Shown piece after piece: positions 1 through 16,799 of a stretch of DNA of 64,000 bases (its first letter is position 1; every line of letters starts with the position of its first letter). The stretch is from Bacteroidales bacterium. GTDB taxonomy: Bacteria > Bacteroidota > Bacteroidia > Bacteroidales > GWA2-32-17. The notes under the pieces are model-generated. The model ran no database searches, was not told the DNA's origin, and saw only the letters and a list, made by a program, of their open reading frames with translations. The translations under genes and the position numbers were made by a program. The stretch is from contig JAOADU010000056.1 of the NCBI GenBank assembly GCA_026417155.1, positions 28,229 to 92,228 of the forward strand, in the 5' to 3' direction.

Positions 1-166
1 TTTATTAAAAGTGTAAAAACATTTATATAAAACCGTTATGGTAAATTCTTTTAATATTTTTCAACCACAGATAAAATTTACAAACATGAATTTTTTTTAA
101 GAGCACATTAATAAATACCTTTTAAAATTTATGAGCTTTTGCATGCATATAAATAAATATATTCTA

Positions 167-174
167 TACCTTTG
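167..174 (+). promoter_or_regulatory. Bacteroidota-type -7 promoter box TACCTTTG (consensus TAnnTTTG) upstream of mutA
   Basis: Exact match to TAnnTTTG 19 nt upstream of the ATG at 193. The box overlaps the TTG that the ORF track used as a start at 172. Confidence 0.45.
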
Positions 175-192
175 CATGTTAATTTTTTAGCT

Positions 193-2088
193 ATGAATGA
201 AACACATCGTTTGTTTTCAGAATTTCCTCCAGTTACAGCTGAACAATGGAAGGAAATTATAATAAAAGAACTAAAGGGCGCTGACTATGAGAAAAAACTT
301 TTATGGAATTCGCCCGAAGGAATAGTAATAAAACCCTTTTACACAAAAGAAGATGTACCTTCGAATTTTTATCAATCCGATTATTCTGAAAATGTCCATA
401 TTCGAAGGTCGTGTAAAACAAACAATAATTGGGTTATTTTCGAAGAAATTTATGTGTCCGATATAGAAAAAGCAAATTATCAGGCAACAGATGCCCTAAA
501 ACGAGGTGCAGAAGGTATTGAGTTCATAATACAAGATAAAATTCATTATGAACTGACTTCATTATTAAAATCAAAAAATGATTTAGCACGATTGCTACAA
601 AATATTAATTTAGAGAAAGTGCCCATTCGATTTATTTGTGGCTGCAATACTGGCTTAATCCTTTCATTGTTTGACGAATATTTGCAACAAAACTATGTTG
701 ATAAAGAAAAGGTTCAGATAATTTTCGATTACGATCCTATTGGACATTTAATTTTAAATGGCAACTTTTTTACTGCAGAGGAACATGTATTTGCTCAGTC
801 TGCATCATTAGTTAAATATGCGAAACAATTATTGTCTGATAAATCAACAGCTCTTGCTGTAAATGGATATTTCTTTCAAAATGCAGGGGCAACAGTATTG
901 CAAGAATTAGCATTTTCGTTAGCTATAGCTGCTGAATATTTAACAAATTTAAGCGAACATGGCATTGCAGTTGAAGATGTTGCACAATACATGACTTTTA
1001 ATTTTGGAGTAGCTTCAAATTATTTTCTTGAAATTGCTAAATTTAGAGCAGCACGGTATTTATGGTCTAAGCTGCTCGAAGCTTACGAAGTTAAATCACA
1101 AAATATATTTTTAAATGCTCATGCTGTTACAACTACTTGGAATAAAACAGCATACGATCCTTATGTAAATTTATTGAGATTAACCACCGAAGCAATGTCG
1201 GCTGTGCTGGGAGGAGTTAATTCTTTAACAGTTAGACCTTTTGATGTTGTGTACAAGTCGCCCGATTCATTTTCTCAGCGATTATCGCGAAATATTCAAC
1301 TGTTGCTTAAAGAAGAAGTACATTTAGACAGAGTTATTGACCCTGCAGGAGGTTCGTATTATATCGAATCTTTAACTTTTTCGCTCATCAACGAAGCATG
1401 GAAAATGTTTTTACAGATTAATGAAAAGGGAGGATTTGTTCAATTATTTAAAGAGGGAATAATTCAATCTATGGTAGAACAAACCCAACAAAAACGAGAT
1501 ATGGCAATAGCCATGCGACAAGAAATTTTATTAGGAACAAATCAATACCCCAATATCAACGAAGTGATTAAAGAACAAGTGCTACCATGTATTTTAAAAG
1601 GCATAATGCCATCTGGTAAGCCTACATATAAGCCTATCAAAATATATCGCGGAGCAGAAGCATTTGAAAACTTACGCCTCGAAACCGAACAAATGAAAAA
1701 ACGTCCGAGTGTATTTTTATTGACTTTTGGTAATTTGGCAATGCGCAAAGCTCGTGCTAATTTTAGTACTAACTTTTTCGGCTGTGCTGGATATGAAATC
1801 ATGGATAATCCAGGATTCTCTACCATTGAAGAAGGTATAAATGAAGCAAGAAAATCTACTGCAGAAATAGTTGTGATATGCTCTTCCGACGAAGAGTATC
1901 CTGAAATAGTTCCTCCTATTGTACAAGCATTAAATAATGAAAAAATACTTGTATTAGCAGGTTATCCAAAGGAGCATTTAGAAAACTTTAAATCTTTAGG
2001 ATTAAAACATTTTATTCATATTAAATCTAATGTGTTAGAAACTTTAAAAGGATTTAATGCATTAATAAAAGAAGGTAGTTATTGTTAA
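193..2088 (+). CDS. mutA: Methylmalonyl-CoA mutase small (beta) subunit
   Basis: Mutase-family motifs are present (RAARYLWSKLL, GGSYYIESLT). It sits directly upstream of the catalytic large subunit. The start is moved from the TTG at 172 to the ATG at 193 (MNETHRLF) because the -7 box overlaps 172. Confidence 0.8.
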   Translation: MNETHRLFSEFPPVTAEQWKEIIIKELKGADYEKKLLWNSPEGIVIKPFYTKEDVPSNFYQSDYSENVHIRRSCKTNNNWVIFEEIYVSDIEKANYQATDALKRGAEGIEFIIQDKIHYELTSLLKSKNDLARLLQNINLEKVPIRFICGCNTGLILSLFDEYLQQNYVDKEKVQIIFDYDPIGHLILNGNFFTAEEHVFAQSASLVKYAKQLLSDKSTALAVNGYFFQNAGATVLQELAFSLAIAAEYLTNLSEHGIAVEDVAQYMTFNFGVASNYFLEIAKFRAARYLWSKLLEAYEVKSQNIFLNAHAVTTTWNKTAYDPYVNLLRLTTEAMSAVLGGVNSLTVRPFDVVYKSPDSFSQRLSRNIQLLLKEEVHLDRVIDPAGGSYYIESLTFSLINEAWKMFLQINEKGGFVQLFKEGIIQSMVEQTQQKRDMAIAMRQEILLGTNQYPNINEVIKEQVLPCILKGIMPSGKPTYKPIKIYRGAEAFENLRLETEQMKKRPSVFLLTFGNLAMRKARANFSTNFFGCAGYEIMDNPGFSTIEEGINEARKSTAEIVVICSSDEEYPEIVPPIVQALNNEKILVLAGYPKEHLENFKSLGLKHFIHIKSNVLETLKGFNALIKEGSYC

Positions 2089-2106
2089 TCAATCAACGAA
2101 GACGTT

Positions 2107-4236
2107 ATGAAACCCGATTTTTCAAAAGTAAATATACTTGAAACAAATTTTGTTCAAAAGATACACAAACAAGAAGTTTGGAAAACTTCTGAAGGAATTA
2201 GCGTAAACAACATATTTACAAAAGAAGAGTTAGATAAATTAGAACATTTAGATTATGTAGCAGGTATTCCTCCCTATTTAAGAGGCCCTTATGCTACTAT
2301 GTATGTAATGAAACCATGGACAATTCGTCAGTATGCAGGATTTTCTACTGCCGAAGAATCGAATGCATTTTATCGTCGTAATTTAGCTGCAGGTCAAATG
2401 GGCTTGTCTGTGGCATTTGACTTGGCTACCCATCGTGGATATGATAGCGACCATGAACGTGTTGTTGGAGATGTAGGCAAAGCAGGGGTAGCTATTGATT
2501 CTGTGCTCGATATGAAAATACTATTCGACCAAATACCGCTCAATAAAATGTCGGTATCCATGACGATGAACGGAGCTGTAATACCTATTATGGCTTTCTA
2601 TATTGTTACGGCATTAGAACAAGGAGCTAAACTCGAAGAATTGAGCGGTACCATTCAAAACGATATTCTCAAAGAATTTATGGTTCGCAATACATATATC
2701 TATCCGCCCGAACCTTCCATGCGAATTATTGCCGATATATTCAAATTTACATCTCAATACATGCCTAAGTTTAATAGTATCAGTATTTCGGGTTATCACA
2801 TGCAAGAAGCCGGAGCAACTGCCGATATAGAATTAGCATACACATTAGCCGACGGTTTAGAATATCTTCGTACTGGAATTAAAGCAGGAATGAGTATTGA
2901 CGATTTTGCTCCCCGTCTATCGTTTTTCTGGGCAGTAGGAATGAATCATTTTATGGAAATAGCAAAAATGAGGGCAGCAAGGTTGTTATGGGCAAAGATT
3001 GTTAAACAGTTCAATCCACAAAACCCAAAATCATTAGCTCTTCGCACGCATAGTCAAACATCGGGTTGGAGCTTGACCGAACAAGATCCCTTCAACAATG
3101 TCGCTCGAACATGTATTGAAGCACTTGCGGCGGCACTTGGACATACCCAATCGCTTCATACTAATGCACTCGACGAAGCAATAGCCTTACCTACAGATTT
3201 TTCTGCTCGTATTGCACGTAATACTCAAATATACCTTCAAGAAGAAACGCAAATTTGTCGCACTGTCGATCCATGGGGTGGTTCATATTATGTAGAATAT
3301 CTTACCGACCAATTGGCGCACAAAGCTTGGTCGTTGATTCAGGAAATTGAAGAATTGGGTGGAATGGCAAAAGCTATAGAAACTGGTATTCCGAAAATGC
3401 GAATCGAGGAAGCAGCTGCTCGTAAACAGGCTTTAATTGACACCTGCAAAGAAATTATTGTTGGAGTGAATAAATACAAGTTAGATAAAGAAGAACCCAT
3501 AGAAATACTCGAAGTTGATAATACCGCAGTTAGAGAAGCTCAAATAAAAAGATTGAATGAACTAAAAGCAACCAGAAATAATCAAGCAGTGCAAGAAGCT
3601 TTAGATGCTATAACTAATGCTTGTGCAACAAATTCAGGCAATTTATTAGAACTAGCCATTGAAGCAGCCAAACGCCGCGCTACATTAGGCGAAATATCTT
3701 ATGCAATGGAAAAAGTTTATGGTCGATACAAAGCCAATATACGTATGATATCAGGAGTGTATAGTTCCGAGTCGCACGATAGCGAGCAATTTAAAGAAGC
3801 CCGTCGCTTAACCGATCTTTTCGCAGAAAAAACAGGTCGTCGTCCTCGCATAATGATTGCAAAAATGGGACAAGATGGACATGATAGAGGAGCAAAGGTG
3901 GTAGCTACAGCTTATGCCGATATGGGATTTGATGTAGATATGGGTCCGTTATTTCAAACACCTGCCGAAGCAGCCAAACAAGCTGTAGAAAACGATGTAC
4001 ATGTTTTAGGTGTATCAAGCCTTGCAGCAGGACACAAAACACTTGTTCCTCAAGTGATGGAAGAATTAAAGAAATTAGGAAGAGAAGACATTCTTGTTAT
4101 TGTAGGAGGTGTGATACCACAGCAAGATTATGAGTTTTTATATAAACTAGGTGTAGTTGGAATATTTGGACCTGGTACACCTATTGCCGACGCTGCCATA
4201 AAAATAATGAATATATTAATCGAACAACATGAATAA
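2107..4236 (+). CDS. mutB: Methylmalonyl-CoA mutase large (alpha) subunit, B12-dependent
   Basis: Full-length 709 aa protein. It has the N-terminal TIM-barrel motifs ([20 protein letters not shown]) and a C-terminal cobalamin-binding DxHxxG motif ([12 protein letters not shown]). Confidence 0.95.
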   Translation: MKPDFSKVNILETNFVQKIHKQEVWKTSEGISVNNIFTKEELDKLEHLDYVAGIPPYLRGPYATMYVMKPWTIRQYAGFSTAEESNAFYRRNLAAGQMGLSVAFDLATHRGYDSDHERVVGDVGKAGVAIDSVLDMKILFDQIPLNKMSVSMTMNGAVIPIMAFYIVTALEQGAKLEELSGTIQNDILKEFMVRNTYIYPPEPSMRIIADIFKFTSQYMPKFNSISISGYHMQEAGATADIELAYTLADGLEYLRTGIKAGMSIDDFAPRLSFFWAVGMNHFMEIAKMRAARLLWAKIVKQFNPQNPKSLALRTHSQTSGWSLTEQDPFNNVARTCIEALAAALGHTQSLHTNALDEAIALPTDFSARIARNTQIYLQEETQICRTVDPWGGSYYVEYLTDQLAHKAWSLIQEIEELGGMAKAIETGIPKMRIEEAAARKQALIDTCKEIIVGVNKYKLDKEEPIEILEVDNTAVREAQIKRLNELKATRNNQAVQEALDAITNACATNSGNLLELAIEAAKRRATLGEISYAMEKVYGRYKANIRMISGVYSSESHDSEQFKEARRLTDLFAEKTGRRPRIMIAKMGQDGHDRGAKVVATAYADMGFDVDMGPLFQTPAEAAKQAVENDVHVLGVSSLAAGHKTLVPQVMEELKKLGREDILVIVGGVIPQQDYEFLYKLGVVGIFGPGTPIADAAIKIMNILIEQHE

Positions 4237-4308
4237 ATAAAATACAAAACGAAAATATTTTTACAATTCGAGTAAATTATCTAATTTCGAAACTTTAATC
4301 AAAGGCAC

Positions 4309-6194
4309 ATGGAAACGACTAACATGAATGAACATTCTAATTTGAACGAGAAAGAAATGAACGTAATGTCGGAAACTGAACCCGTATTTCAGGCACAAAT
4401 AGAAGATGAAACATTTGGCGAAGAACCATTAAAAGAGCCTGAAGATATAAGTGACGTAATTATGCAATATACAGTTATTGATTATTCGTCACTTTCGCGC
4501 GAAGAACTTATTGAAAAATTCAAACAATTACTTGGTCAGTCAAATATTACTCAACACAAAGACGATTTTGAGCAAATTAAACTACACTTTTACCGAAAAT
4601 TAAAACAAGAAATCGATCAAAAAAAGAAAAAACAACTTGAAAGTGGCGAAAATGTTGAAATAGATGAAGAACCCGATAAGCTCGAACCAATATTTAAAGA
4701 ATTATACGATGCATATAAAGAAAAACGCAATGAAATAATTGCCGAAATTGAGCGGCAAAAACAAGAAAACTATAAAAAGAAGCTCGAAATTATTGAAAAA
4801 ATTAACGAACTAACTACGCGTCCCGAAGCTCTTAAAACCACAATGGACGAATTTAGAACACTTAACGAACAATGGCGTAATATAGGTGTTGTTCCACAAC
4901 ATCTTGTTAAAGATTTATACAATAAATATAATTTAGCTCGGGATAATTTTTACAATTGGCTAAAATTAAACAAAGAAGCTCGCGATTATGACTTAAAACG
5001 CAATCTCGAAGCTAAATTAGAACTTTGCGAAAAAGCTGAGCAACTTATATTAGAACAAGATGTTGTAAAAGCTATAGGACAATTACAAATATTACACGAA
5101 CGATGGAGAGAAATAGGACCTGTTTATCCCGATAAAAAGGAAGAAATTTGGGAGCGATTTAAAGAAGCTACTCATAAAATTCATAAGAATCATCAGGAGT
5201 TTTTTCAACGTAAAAAAGAAGAAGAAGAAAACAATCTAAAAGCCAAAACAATTCTTTGCGAAATTGCCGAAGAAATTGCATCAAAAACCTACAATCGTTA
5301 CAAAGAATGGGAAGAAGCTACAAAGCAAATGATAGATTTACAGCATCGATGGAAAACCATAGGTATGGTGCCTCGTTCTGAAAATCATGCCATTTATAAG
5401 CGTTTTCGATCGGCACTCGACCAGTTTTTTGCTGCTAAAAAAGAATATTATGAACAAAAAGCTGAAGAAGAAAACCATAATTTACAGCTAAAAACCGATT
5501 TATGTATCAGAGCCGAAGCACTAAAAGATAGTACTAACTGGAAAAAAACAACACAAGAGTTGATACAATTACAACGCGAATGGGAAAAAATAGGTCCTGT
5601 TCCAAGAAAAGATGCCGATGCTTTGTGGAAACGTTTTAGAGCTGCTTGCAACGAGTTTTTTGAAAGAAAAACCAATCATTTTAAATCAATCGAAACACTT
5701 CAGGAAGAAAATTTATCCAAAAAACAAGAAATATTAAATCAACTCGAAAATTTTGAATTTACAGATAATCCAGAAGAGGATCTAAATAAAGTAAAACAAC
5801 TACAAAAACAATGGTTCGAAATAGGCCCAGTTGCTGAGCAGTATCAGGAAGAAGTACAAAAACGCTACAAACAAGTTGTGCAAAAATTATACAATAATTT
5901 GAAAGTTGACGACAAGCGAAAAAACACATTAAGTTTTAAACTTCGCATTGATAGTTTATTACAAACACCCAATTATATTGAAAAATTAAAAATTGAAAGA
6001 AATCAAATTGCACGACAATTGCATAAAATTGAAAATGACTTAAAAGTTTTAGAAAACAATATTGGTTTCTTTTCTAAATCAAAAAATGCTGAAAACTTAT
6101 TAACAGAATTCGCTAAAAAAATTGATGAAGGAAGAAAACAAGCCGAAATTTTAAAAGAGCAAATACAATACATCGATAATATTATAAAACAAAA

Positions 6195-6198
<4 letters not shown>
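4309..6198 (+). CDS. DUF349 repeat protein
   Basis: At least five tandem modules of the form W..IG.VP....(D/E).(L/I)(W/Y).RF......FF, which is typical of DUF349. The sequence is highly charged and looks coiled-coil. Confidence 0.7.
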
Positions 6199-10989
<4,791 letters not shown>

Positions 10990-10990
<1 letters not shown>

Positions 10991-11613
10991 TACGACTTTT
11001 GTAAGATTTGATTTTTCCAGTGTTCGAGTTGAGCTGAAAGAATTTTTTGGATGTACTTTCCTATGATGTCGAATTCAAGATTTACAACGGTTCCAACCTG
11101 AATTTGATGAAAGTTCGTAACTTGATATGTATAAGGAATAATAGCAACTGAAAATTTTCCAATTTGAGAATTAACTACGGTTAAACTTACACCATTGACG
11201 CTAATGGAACCTTTTTCAACGGTAATGTTTCCTGTTGATGGGTCATACTCGAATGTGTAATACCAACTTCCGTCTACTTCTTTAACCTCAGTACAGATGG
11301 CAGTTTGATCAACATGTCCTTGCACAAGATGCCCATCAAGCAGTTTATCTAAGGTCATGCTTCGTTCTAAATTTACTTTATCGCCAATTTTTAATAGTCC
11401 AAGGTTTGTTTTTTGCAAAGTTTCGTGAATGGCTGTTACTGTATATGTTTCATCGTCTTTTCGAACAACAGTCAAACATACTCCGTTGTGAGCTATGCTT
11501 TGGTCAATTTTTAAATCCTTCACAAACGAACATTTCATGGTAATATGAAGATTACCACCTTCTTTTTCCAGTCGAACTACGGGAGCAGCTTCTTCTACAA
11601 TTCCTGAAAACAT
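10990..11613 (-). CDS. ribE: Riboflavin synthase alpha chain
   Basis: Canonical MFSGIVEE start and two lumazine-binding repeats (GVCLTV, GVSLTV). The start is moved from the TTG at 11628 to the ATG at 11613. Confidence 0.9.
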
Positions 11614-11625
11614 ATTTTTTTTTTT

Positions 11626-11633
11626 CAAAGGTA
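11626..11633 (-). promoter_or_regulatory. -7 promoter box TACCTTTG for ribE
   Basis: The plus strand reads CAAAGGTA, which is TACCTTTG on the minus strand. It lies 12 nt upstream of the ribE ATG and contains the TTG mis-called as a start by the ORF track. Confidence 0.45.
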
Positions 11634-11789
11634 CTAATAATCGTTAATACATTTTATAATAATTGATTAAAAAAATTAATTCTGAATGTAATTTGTAGTA
11701 ACGAGTGAAATAGTTTATTGAAATTTTTCAATCGCTTAAAATATTTGTTAATTCTATTTTTTTCCTTTTATTTTGCAAAAAGTCGTTTA

Positions 11790-12368
11790 ATGAACCTAAT
11801 GAGATGGTTTAAAGAAAAACTTTCGAGCAGACTGTCGGTATATGTCAAACCTTTAATTTTACCTCTAAAGTATTTAAACAACAAAAAATTAGAAAATGTT
11901 CGAATTAGTAATACAACTTTTATTGATTCGAAAGAAAAGCTTATTTTAGGAAATAATGTTTTTATTGGTCATTTTAATTATATTGAAGCAAGTAGTGGTA
12001 TAGTTATAGAGGAAGGCTGTCAAATTACTAATTTTATTACCATTACAACACATTCGAGCCATATTTCGATTCGGCTATACGGTAGCGAATATTGCAACCA
12101 TAGCAATTTGATTGGTTATGTAGTAGGACCTGTTCATATAGGAAAATATACGTTTGTTGGTCCTCATAGCGTCATTATGCCCAATACTAAGATAGGGAAA
12201 GGTTGCGTAGTTTCTGCTTTTAGTTACGTAAAGGGCGATTTTCCAGATTTTTCTATAATTTCGGGTAACCCTGCACAAGTAGTTGGCGATACGAGAAAAA
12301 TTGATGAACCGTATCTGAAGCAATATCCCGAATTACAATCATTGTACAATACATGGATAAAGGATTAA
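11790..12368 (+). CDS. Hexapeptide-repeat (LbH) acetyltransferase
   Basis: Left-handed beta-helix hexapeptide repeats (IGHFNYIEASSGIVIEEGCQI...IGKYTFVGPHSVIMPNTKIGKGCVVSAFSYV). The ORF track starts at the TTG at 11718. The first ATG is at 11790, so the start is uncertain. Confidence 0.65.
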   Translation: MNLMRWFKEKLSSRLSVYVKPLILPLKYLNNKKLENVRISNTTFIDSKEKLILGNNVFIGHFNYIEASSGIVIEEGCQITNFITITTHSSHISIRLYGSEYCNHSNLIGYVVGPVHIGKYTFVGPHSVIMPNTKIGKGCVVSAFSYVKGDFPDFSIISGNPAQVVGDTRKIDEPYLKQYPELQSLYNTWIKD

Positions 12369-13642
12369 AACCTAAGATATCATACTTGTTATCGTCTAGT
12401 TTTTTGAAAAATTCTTTTACAATTTTTTACGGTGGTTTTATTGCTCAGCTTATACCATTTATAGTTGAGCCTTTTTTAACCCGTATATATTCTCCTTCGG
12501 AATTTGCTGTTTTTGCTCAGTTTTTAAGCTTTACTTCACTTTTTGCCATTATTGCTACTGCTCGATACGAATTAGCCATTGTACTTCCAAAATCAAACAG
12601 AAAATCTATCAATATAGTAGCATTGTCGTTTATTATTTCTGTCATTGTAGCTGTAGTATTATTTCTAATAGTTTTATTTTTCAGAAAGAACATTTCTTTA
12701 TTTTTTAAAAATGAATTCTTGCAAGTATGTCTTTGGTATAGTCCTTTTATCGTTTTATTGGTAGGTGTATATCAAATAATGAATTATTGGTTTTTACGCG
12801 AAAAACACTTTCGTTTAATTAGTATAGCAAGAATTATTAATTCGCTTACTTATTCATTGTTTAATTTGTTTTTAGGATTTGCAAAACTTAAAAGCTTGGG
12901 CTTAGTTTGGGGATATTTCATAGGTCAACTTTCTACTGTATTGTTATTGATATCGGTATTTTTTAAAAAGAATAAAAGATATACCAGATTGATAAACAAG
13001 AAAGAGATAAAAGAAACAGCAAAACTATATATTGATTTTCCAACCATTAATAGCTTGCATGCGTTTTCTGACATATTGCAGCAAAGTGTAGTGATATTTT
13101 TACTTAGCTATTTTTTTAGTTCCGACGATGTTGGTTATTATTCTCGAACGTATCGTTTGTTAATAGCACCAGTTAGTTTAATAGGAGCATCGATGGGGCA
13201 AGTGTTCTTTCAACGGGCATCCGTATATGTTAACGATGGAATTAAATTGCGAAACTTCGTACTAAAAAATTTATTATTGATGATTAGTATTGCTGTCCCT
13301 TTTTTTACCATACTTGCGTTATTTAGTCCTTATGTGTTCGAATGGTTTCTTGGAAAGGGTTGGTCGTATGCAGGAGAAATGGCACGTTACATGACACCTT
13401 GGTTAATGTTTTCCTTTATTGTAAGTCCTCTTAGTACATTGCCTTTAGTATTAAATAAACAAAAAAAAGCGTTTATTTTTAGCATATTGGGAAATTCTTT
13501 AATTATTCTCTGTATTTTTGTGGGAGGCAAGATTTTTCATGACGTTTTTACTAGTTTAGCTATGGTTAGTATATCCATGAGTGTATATTTTGTAATTGTA
13601 ATTGCATGGTTCATATCAATTAGTTCTTCAAATAAAACATGA
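12353..13642 (+). CDS. Polysaccharide flippase (Wzx/MOP-family)
   Basis: 429 aa with about 12 predicted TM segments, located inside a glycosyltransferase cluster. Overlaps the upstream gene by 16 nt. Confidence 0.7.
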   Translation: MDKGLKPKISYLLSSSFLKNSFTIFYGGFIAQLIPFIVEPFLTRIYSPSEFAVFAQFLSFTSLFAIIATARYELAIVLPKSNRKSINIVALSFIISVIVAVVLFLIVLFFRKNISLFFKNEFLQVCLWYSPFIVLLVGVYQIMNYWFLREKHFRLISIARIINSLTYSLFNLFLGFAKLKSLGLVWGYFIGQLSTVLLLISVFFKKNKRYTRLINKKEIKETAKLYIDFPTINSLHAFSDILQQSVVIFLLSYFFSSDDVGYYSRTYRLLIAPVSLIGASMGQVFFQRASVYVNDGIKLRNFVLKNLLLMISIAVPFFTILALFSPYVFEWFLGKGWSYAGEMARYMTPWLMFSFIVSPLSTLPLVLNKQKKAFIFSILGNSLIILCIFVGGKIFHDVFTSLAMVSISMSVYFVIVIAWFISISSSNKT

Positions 13643-14541
13643 AATTAGTATTAATAGTAGGATTACCATATTTTGCAAAAAAAATACAAGTAAAGCTTAA
13701 ACAAAACGATAAACGTAATGTGTATTTATGTCTGAATACGTATTATAATTTTTTTCATAAGATATTGTATTTATTATTCTTACCTTTTTCGACGGCAATT
13801 TATTCTGTGAATGGCACAATAGAAAAAAGCAAAAGCATAACCTTAGCTTTGTTTTTTAAAAAGAAAATCGTAATGCATTGGGTAGGAACTGATGTTTTAC
13901 TTGCGAAGATTGCATACAGCAAACAAAATCACAAGCCTTCGTATATTAATAATATTTTTCATATTACAGATACACCATGGTTTGAAGATAGCCTAAAAGA
14001 AATAGGTATAGATGCGAAATTTTTACCCTTATATGTTGCAGAAAATAAAATGCTAGAAAATATCGAATTTCCTGACAAATTTAATGTATTAGTATATATA
14101 CCTCAACATAAACAAGAATTTTATGGAATAAAACGATTGCAATATATAGCTTCTTTGTTGCCAAATATTAACTTTTATGTGGCAGGAGTTGAAAAATCAA
14201 TTGTTTCATTGCCGCCGAATGTTATTTTGTTAGGTTGGGTTACGGATATGTCGAAGGTTATATTAAATTCAGTAGTATGTATGCGCATTCCTGAGCACGA
14301 TGGATTATCATTTTTTGTTTTAGAAGCATTACAGCATCAACGATATGTATTATATAATCAACCATTACCTCATACGTTTTATGTTAACGATGATAATGAA
14401 ATTATTGAAAAACTAAAGGAACTTATAAATTTACATAGCGAAAAAAAGTTATCCCTGAACAAGGATGGAAGAGAATGGGTAATAAATGTATTTTCTGAAA
14501 AAAATATTGATCATTTAAAATACTTGTTGACAAATGAATAA
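13639..14541 (+). CDS. Putative glycosyltransferase (GT-B-like C-terminal half)
   Basis: ATGA overlap with the flippase gene. There is a weak GT-B nucleotide-sugar motif (GLSFFVLEALQHQRYVL). The assignment rests mostly on context. Confidence 0.4.
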   Translation: MKLVLIVGLPYFAKKIQVKLKQNDKRNVYLCLNTYYNFFHKILYLLFLPFSTAIYSVNGTIEKSKSITLALFFKKKIVMHWVGTDVLLAKIAYSKQNHKPSYINNIFHITDTPWFEDSLKEIGIDAKFLPLYVAENKMLENIEFPDKFNVLVYIPQHKQEFYGIKRLQYIASLLPNINFYVAGVEKSIVSLPPNVILLGWVTDMSKVILNSVVCMRIPEHDGLSFFVLEALQHQRYVLYNQPLPHTFYVNDDNEIIEKLKELINLHSEKKLSLNKDGREWVINVFSEKNIDHLKYLLTNE

Positions 14542-15751
14542 CAAAAAAATTAAATTGTTTATCATTGCTGCATATTATCCACCCATAATATCGGTTGCCA
14601 GTCAGCGTATTCATGCATTGGCAAAGTATATAGATAAGTCTTTATATGAGGTTTATGTATTAGTCCCCAGTAATGATAAGGTAAATTCTGATATTGAGGG
14701 TGTTAATGTAATTTCAATAAAAGCAAAATCTATTATTCAATACGCTAAATTCGATAAAAATACTTCATATTTAATACATAAGCTTAAAGCACTTTGGAAT
14801 AGAATATTAATTAATTTTAGCATATCGCACTATCGAAACTATGAAAAACCAATTCTAAAAATTATTGAGAAATTTGTGGATAATAATCCTTTTGTAGTTA
14901 TTACTTCTTCGCCACCTATTGAAATGTTGCATATTGGTATCAGTTTAAGGAAAAAATATAATCAGTGTCGTTGGATTGCAGATTTAAGAGATGCTTTAAG
15001 TAATAATCCTTATATACCAAAAAGTCAGCGACATAAACATTTACTAGTCGAAGATTCTGTTTTAAATAATGCCGATGCTATTGTTTCCGTGTCGATGCCT
15101 ATAGTTGGCAATTTACGTGCAAAGTCCAATCGCGACATTCCCATAGTAGAAATAAGAAACGGCTTTGATTTTGAAGCACGATTAAGTTTTAATTTTAATA
15201 ACCAATTTACAATTGTTCATGCAGGAACATTCTACGCAAATAGAACTCCCGAAACAGTATTTTGTGCTTTTGAAAATCTTTTAAAAAAGCAACAAATCGA
15301 TGATTTTAAGCTTATTTTAGTAGGTCAAACTTCGGCAATAACAATTCCCGATACAATTAAGCCATATGTACAACGTATTGATAAAGTTCCTTATACGGAG
15401 GTAGTAAAATTACTTCGTATCGCCGATGCATTGTTGTTAATACATCCGCCTAGTGATTATAAAGGTGTATTCACTGCAAAGCTTTTCGATTATTTAGGAG
15501 CCATGAAGCCAATTATTGCTGCAATAGATACCAATGATGTAGCAGCACAGCTTATAAAAGATTGTCAGGCAGGTTTTATAGCAAATTTTTATTCCATTGA
15601 AGAAATAGAGCAGGCAATACTTTCGGCATATACATTATGGAAAAATAAGCAAACTCTGAATTTCAATACAAGTTTAATTTATTTGCATCATCGGGCATAT
15701 CAAGTAAAACTTTACGAGCAATTAATTTATAAAGTTTTATATGAAAATTAA
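14534..15751 (+). CDS. Glycosyltransferase, GT4-like
   Basis: GT-B architecture with a central FTIVHAGTFY..R.P segment and a C-terminal donor-binding half. Overlaps both neighbouring genes. Confidence 0.6.
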   Translation: MNNKKIKLFIIAAYYPPIISVASQRIHALAKYIDKSLYEVYVLVPSNDKVNSDIEGVNVISIKAKSIIQYAKFDKNTSYLIHKLKALWNRILINFSISHYRNYEKPILKIIEKFVDNNPFVVITSSPPIEMLHIGISLRKKYNQCRWIADLRDALSNNPYIPKSQRHKHLLVEDSVLNNADAIVSVSMPIVGNLRAKSNRDIPIVEIRNGFDFEARLSFNFNNQFTIVHAGTFYANRTPETVFCAFENLLKKQQIDDFKLILVGQTSAITIPDTIKPYVQRIDKVPYTEVVKLLRIADALLLIHPPSDYKGVFTAKLFDYLGAMKPIIAAIDTNDVAAQLIKDCQAGFIANFYSIEEIEQAILSAYTLWKNKQTLNFNTSLIYLHHRAYQVKLYEQLIYKVLYEN

Positions 15752-16799
15752 ATACATCATTTTTGGTGATGGTCAAAGTCCGCATTTAATTAAATGGATT
15801 AAAGAATTATATCAATATTTCGATCTTTATGTCGTTACTTTGCAATCAATTTCATCTGATATTTATTCAATATTAACAAAAAATAAATGTTTTGAACTTA
15901 ATGTTCCGACAAAACAATCGGGAAATAATATTAGATTAATTTTTCAAATAATAAAGTTAAAAAAAATATTTAATTCTATAAATGCCGATATTATACATGC
16001 TCATTATATCACAAGCTATGGTTTTTTATCGGCATGGTGTAAAACCAGTCATTCAAAATTAATCTTATCTGCTTGGGGGACAGATATTTTAAAAACTCCC
16101 GACGAGTCGTTTGTAAAAAGAAAAATAACCCTATTCGCACTAAAAAGAGCACATTTATTAACTTCTGATTCAATATTTATGACGAAAAAAATTTTAGATC
16201 TATACAGTAATGCCAGTGTTTTAACTTTTCCTTTTGGATTAAAATGTTTACCCGATGCTGATTTGAAAGATAAAAATCCCAATTTGTTTTTCTCTAATCG
16301 AGCATTAACAGAAAATTATAGAATTGATAAAGTATTAAAATTGTTTGCAGAGATAAAAAAATATAATCGTGACGCAATGTTAGTTATTGCCAACAAGGGC
16401 AATAAAGAACAAGAATTAAAAGAGCTAATGAATCAATTAAATATAAGCGATTCTGTTTCGTTTGTTGGCTACTTAAATGAAGATGAGCAACAAAAATATT
16501 ATTTAATGGCTCAATATTATTTCAGCATGCCCGAGAGCGATGCAACATCCGTATCATTACTCGAGGCAATGGCTTATGGTTGTGTGCCTATTGTTTCTGA
16601 TATTCCTGCTAATCGTGAGTGGATTGTATCATCAGAAAATGGCATTATAGTTACCGATGAAATGAATTTAATAGGTGAGCTGAAAACGATAGATATTTTA
16701 AAAGCCTTTAATACGAATAGGGCAATAATAAAAGAAAAAGCAATTTTTCCCGATAGAATTAAGCAGTTTGTTCAGTATGTTAATGAAAATTTATTGTAA
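15741..16799 (+). CDS. Glycosyltransferase family 1/4
   Basis: E-x7-E-type donor motif (SLLEAMAYGCVPIVSDIPANREW). Confidence 0.7.
   Translation: MKIKYIIFGDGQSPHLIKWIKELYQYFDLYVVTLQSISSDIYSILTKNKCFELNVPTKQSGNNIRLIFQIIKLKKIFNSINADIIHAHYITSYGFLSAWCKTSHSKLILSAWGTDILKTPDESFVKRKITLFALKRAHLLTSDSIFMTKKILDLYSNASVLTFPFGLKCLPDADLKDKNPNLFFSNRALTENYRIDKVLKLFAEIKKYNRDAMLVIANKGNKEQELKELMNQLNISDSVSFVGYLNEDEQQKYYLMAQYYFSMPESDATSVSLLEAMAYGCVPIVSDIPANREWIVSSENGIIVTDEMNLIGELKTIDILKAFNTNRAIIKEKAIFPDRIKQFVQYVNENLL

Noticed and set aside
1-192. Possible cobalamin riboswitch upstream of the B12-dependent methylmalonyl-CoA mutase genes.
   Set aside because: The region is only about 190 nt of AT-rich DNA. It has no B12-box-like GCCACUG element or GC-rich helices. 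A consensus -7 box sits just 19 nt from the ATG, leaving no room for a leader RNA.
11614-11789. Possible FMN riboswitch upstream of ribE.
   Set aside because: The -7 box is 12 nt from the ribE ATG. The spacer lacks the conserved FMN-element helices and is too short and AT-rich.
14875-14883. Perfect DnaA box TGTGGATAA.
   Set aside because: It is a single isolated site in the middle of a glycosyltransferase coding region with no neighbouring boxes, which is most simply explained as a chance match.
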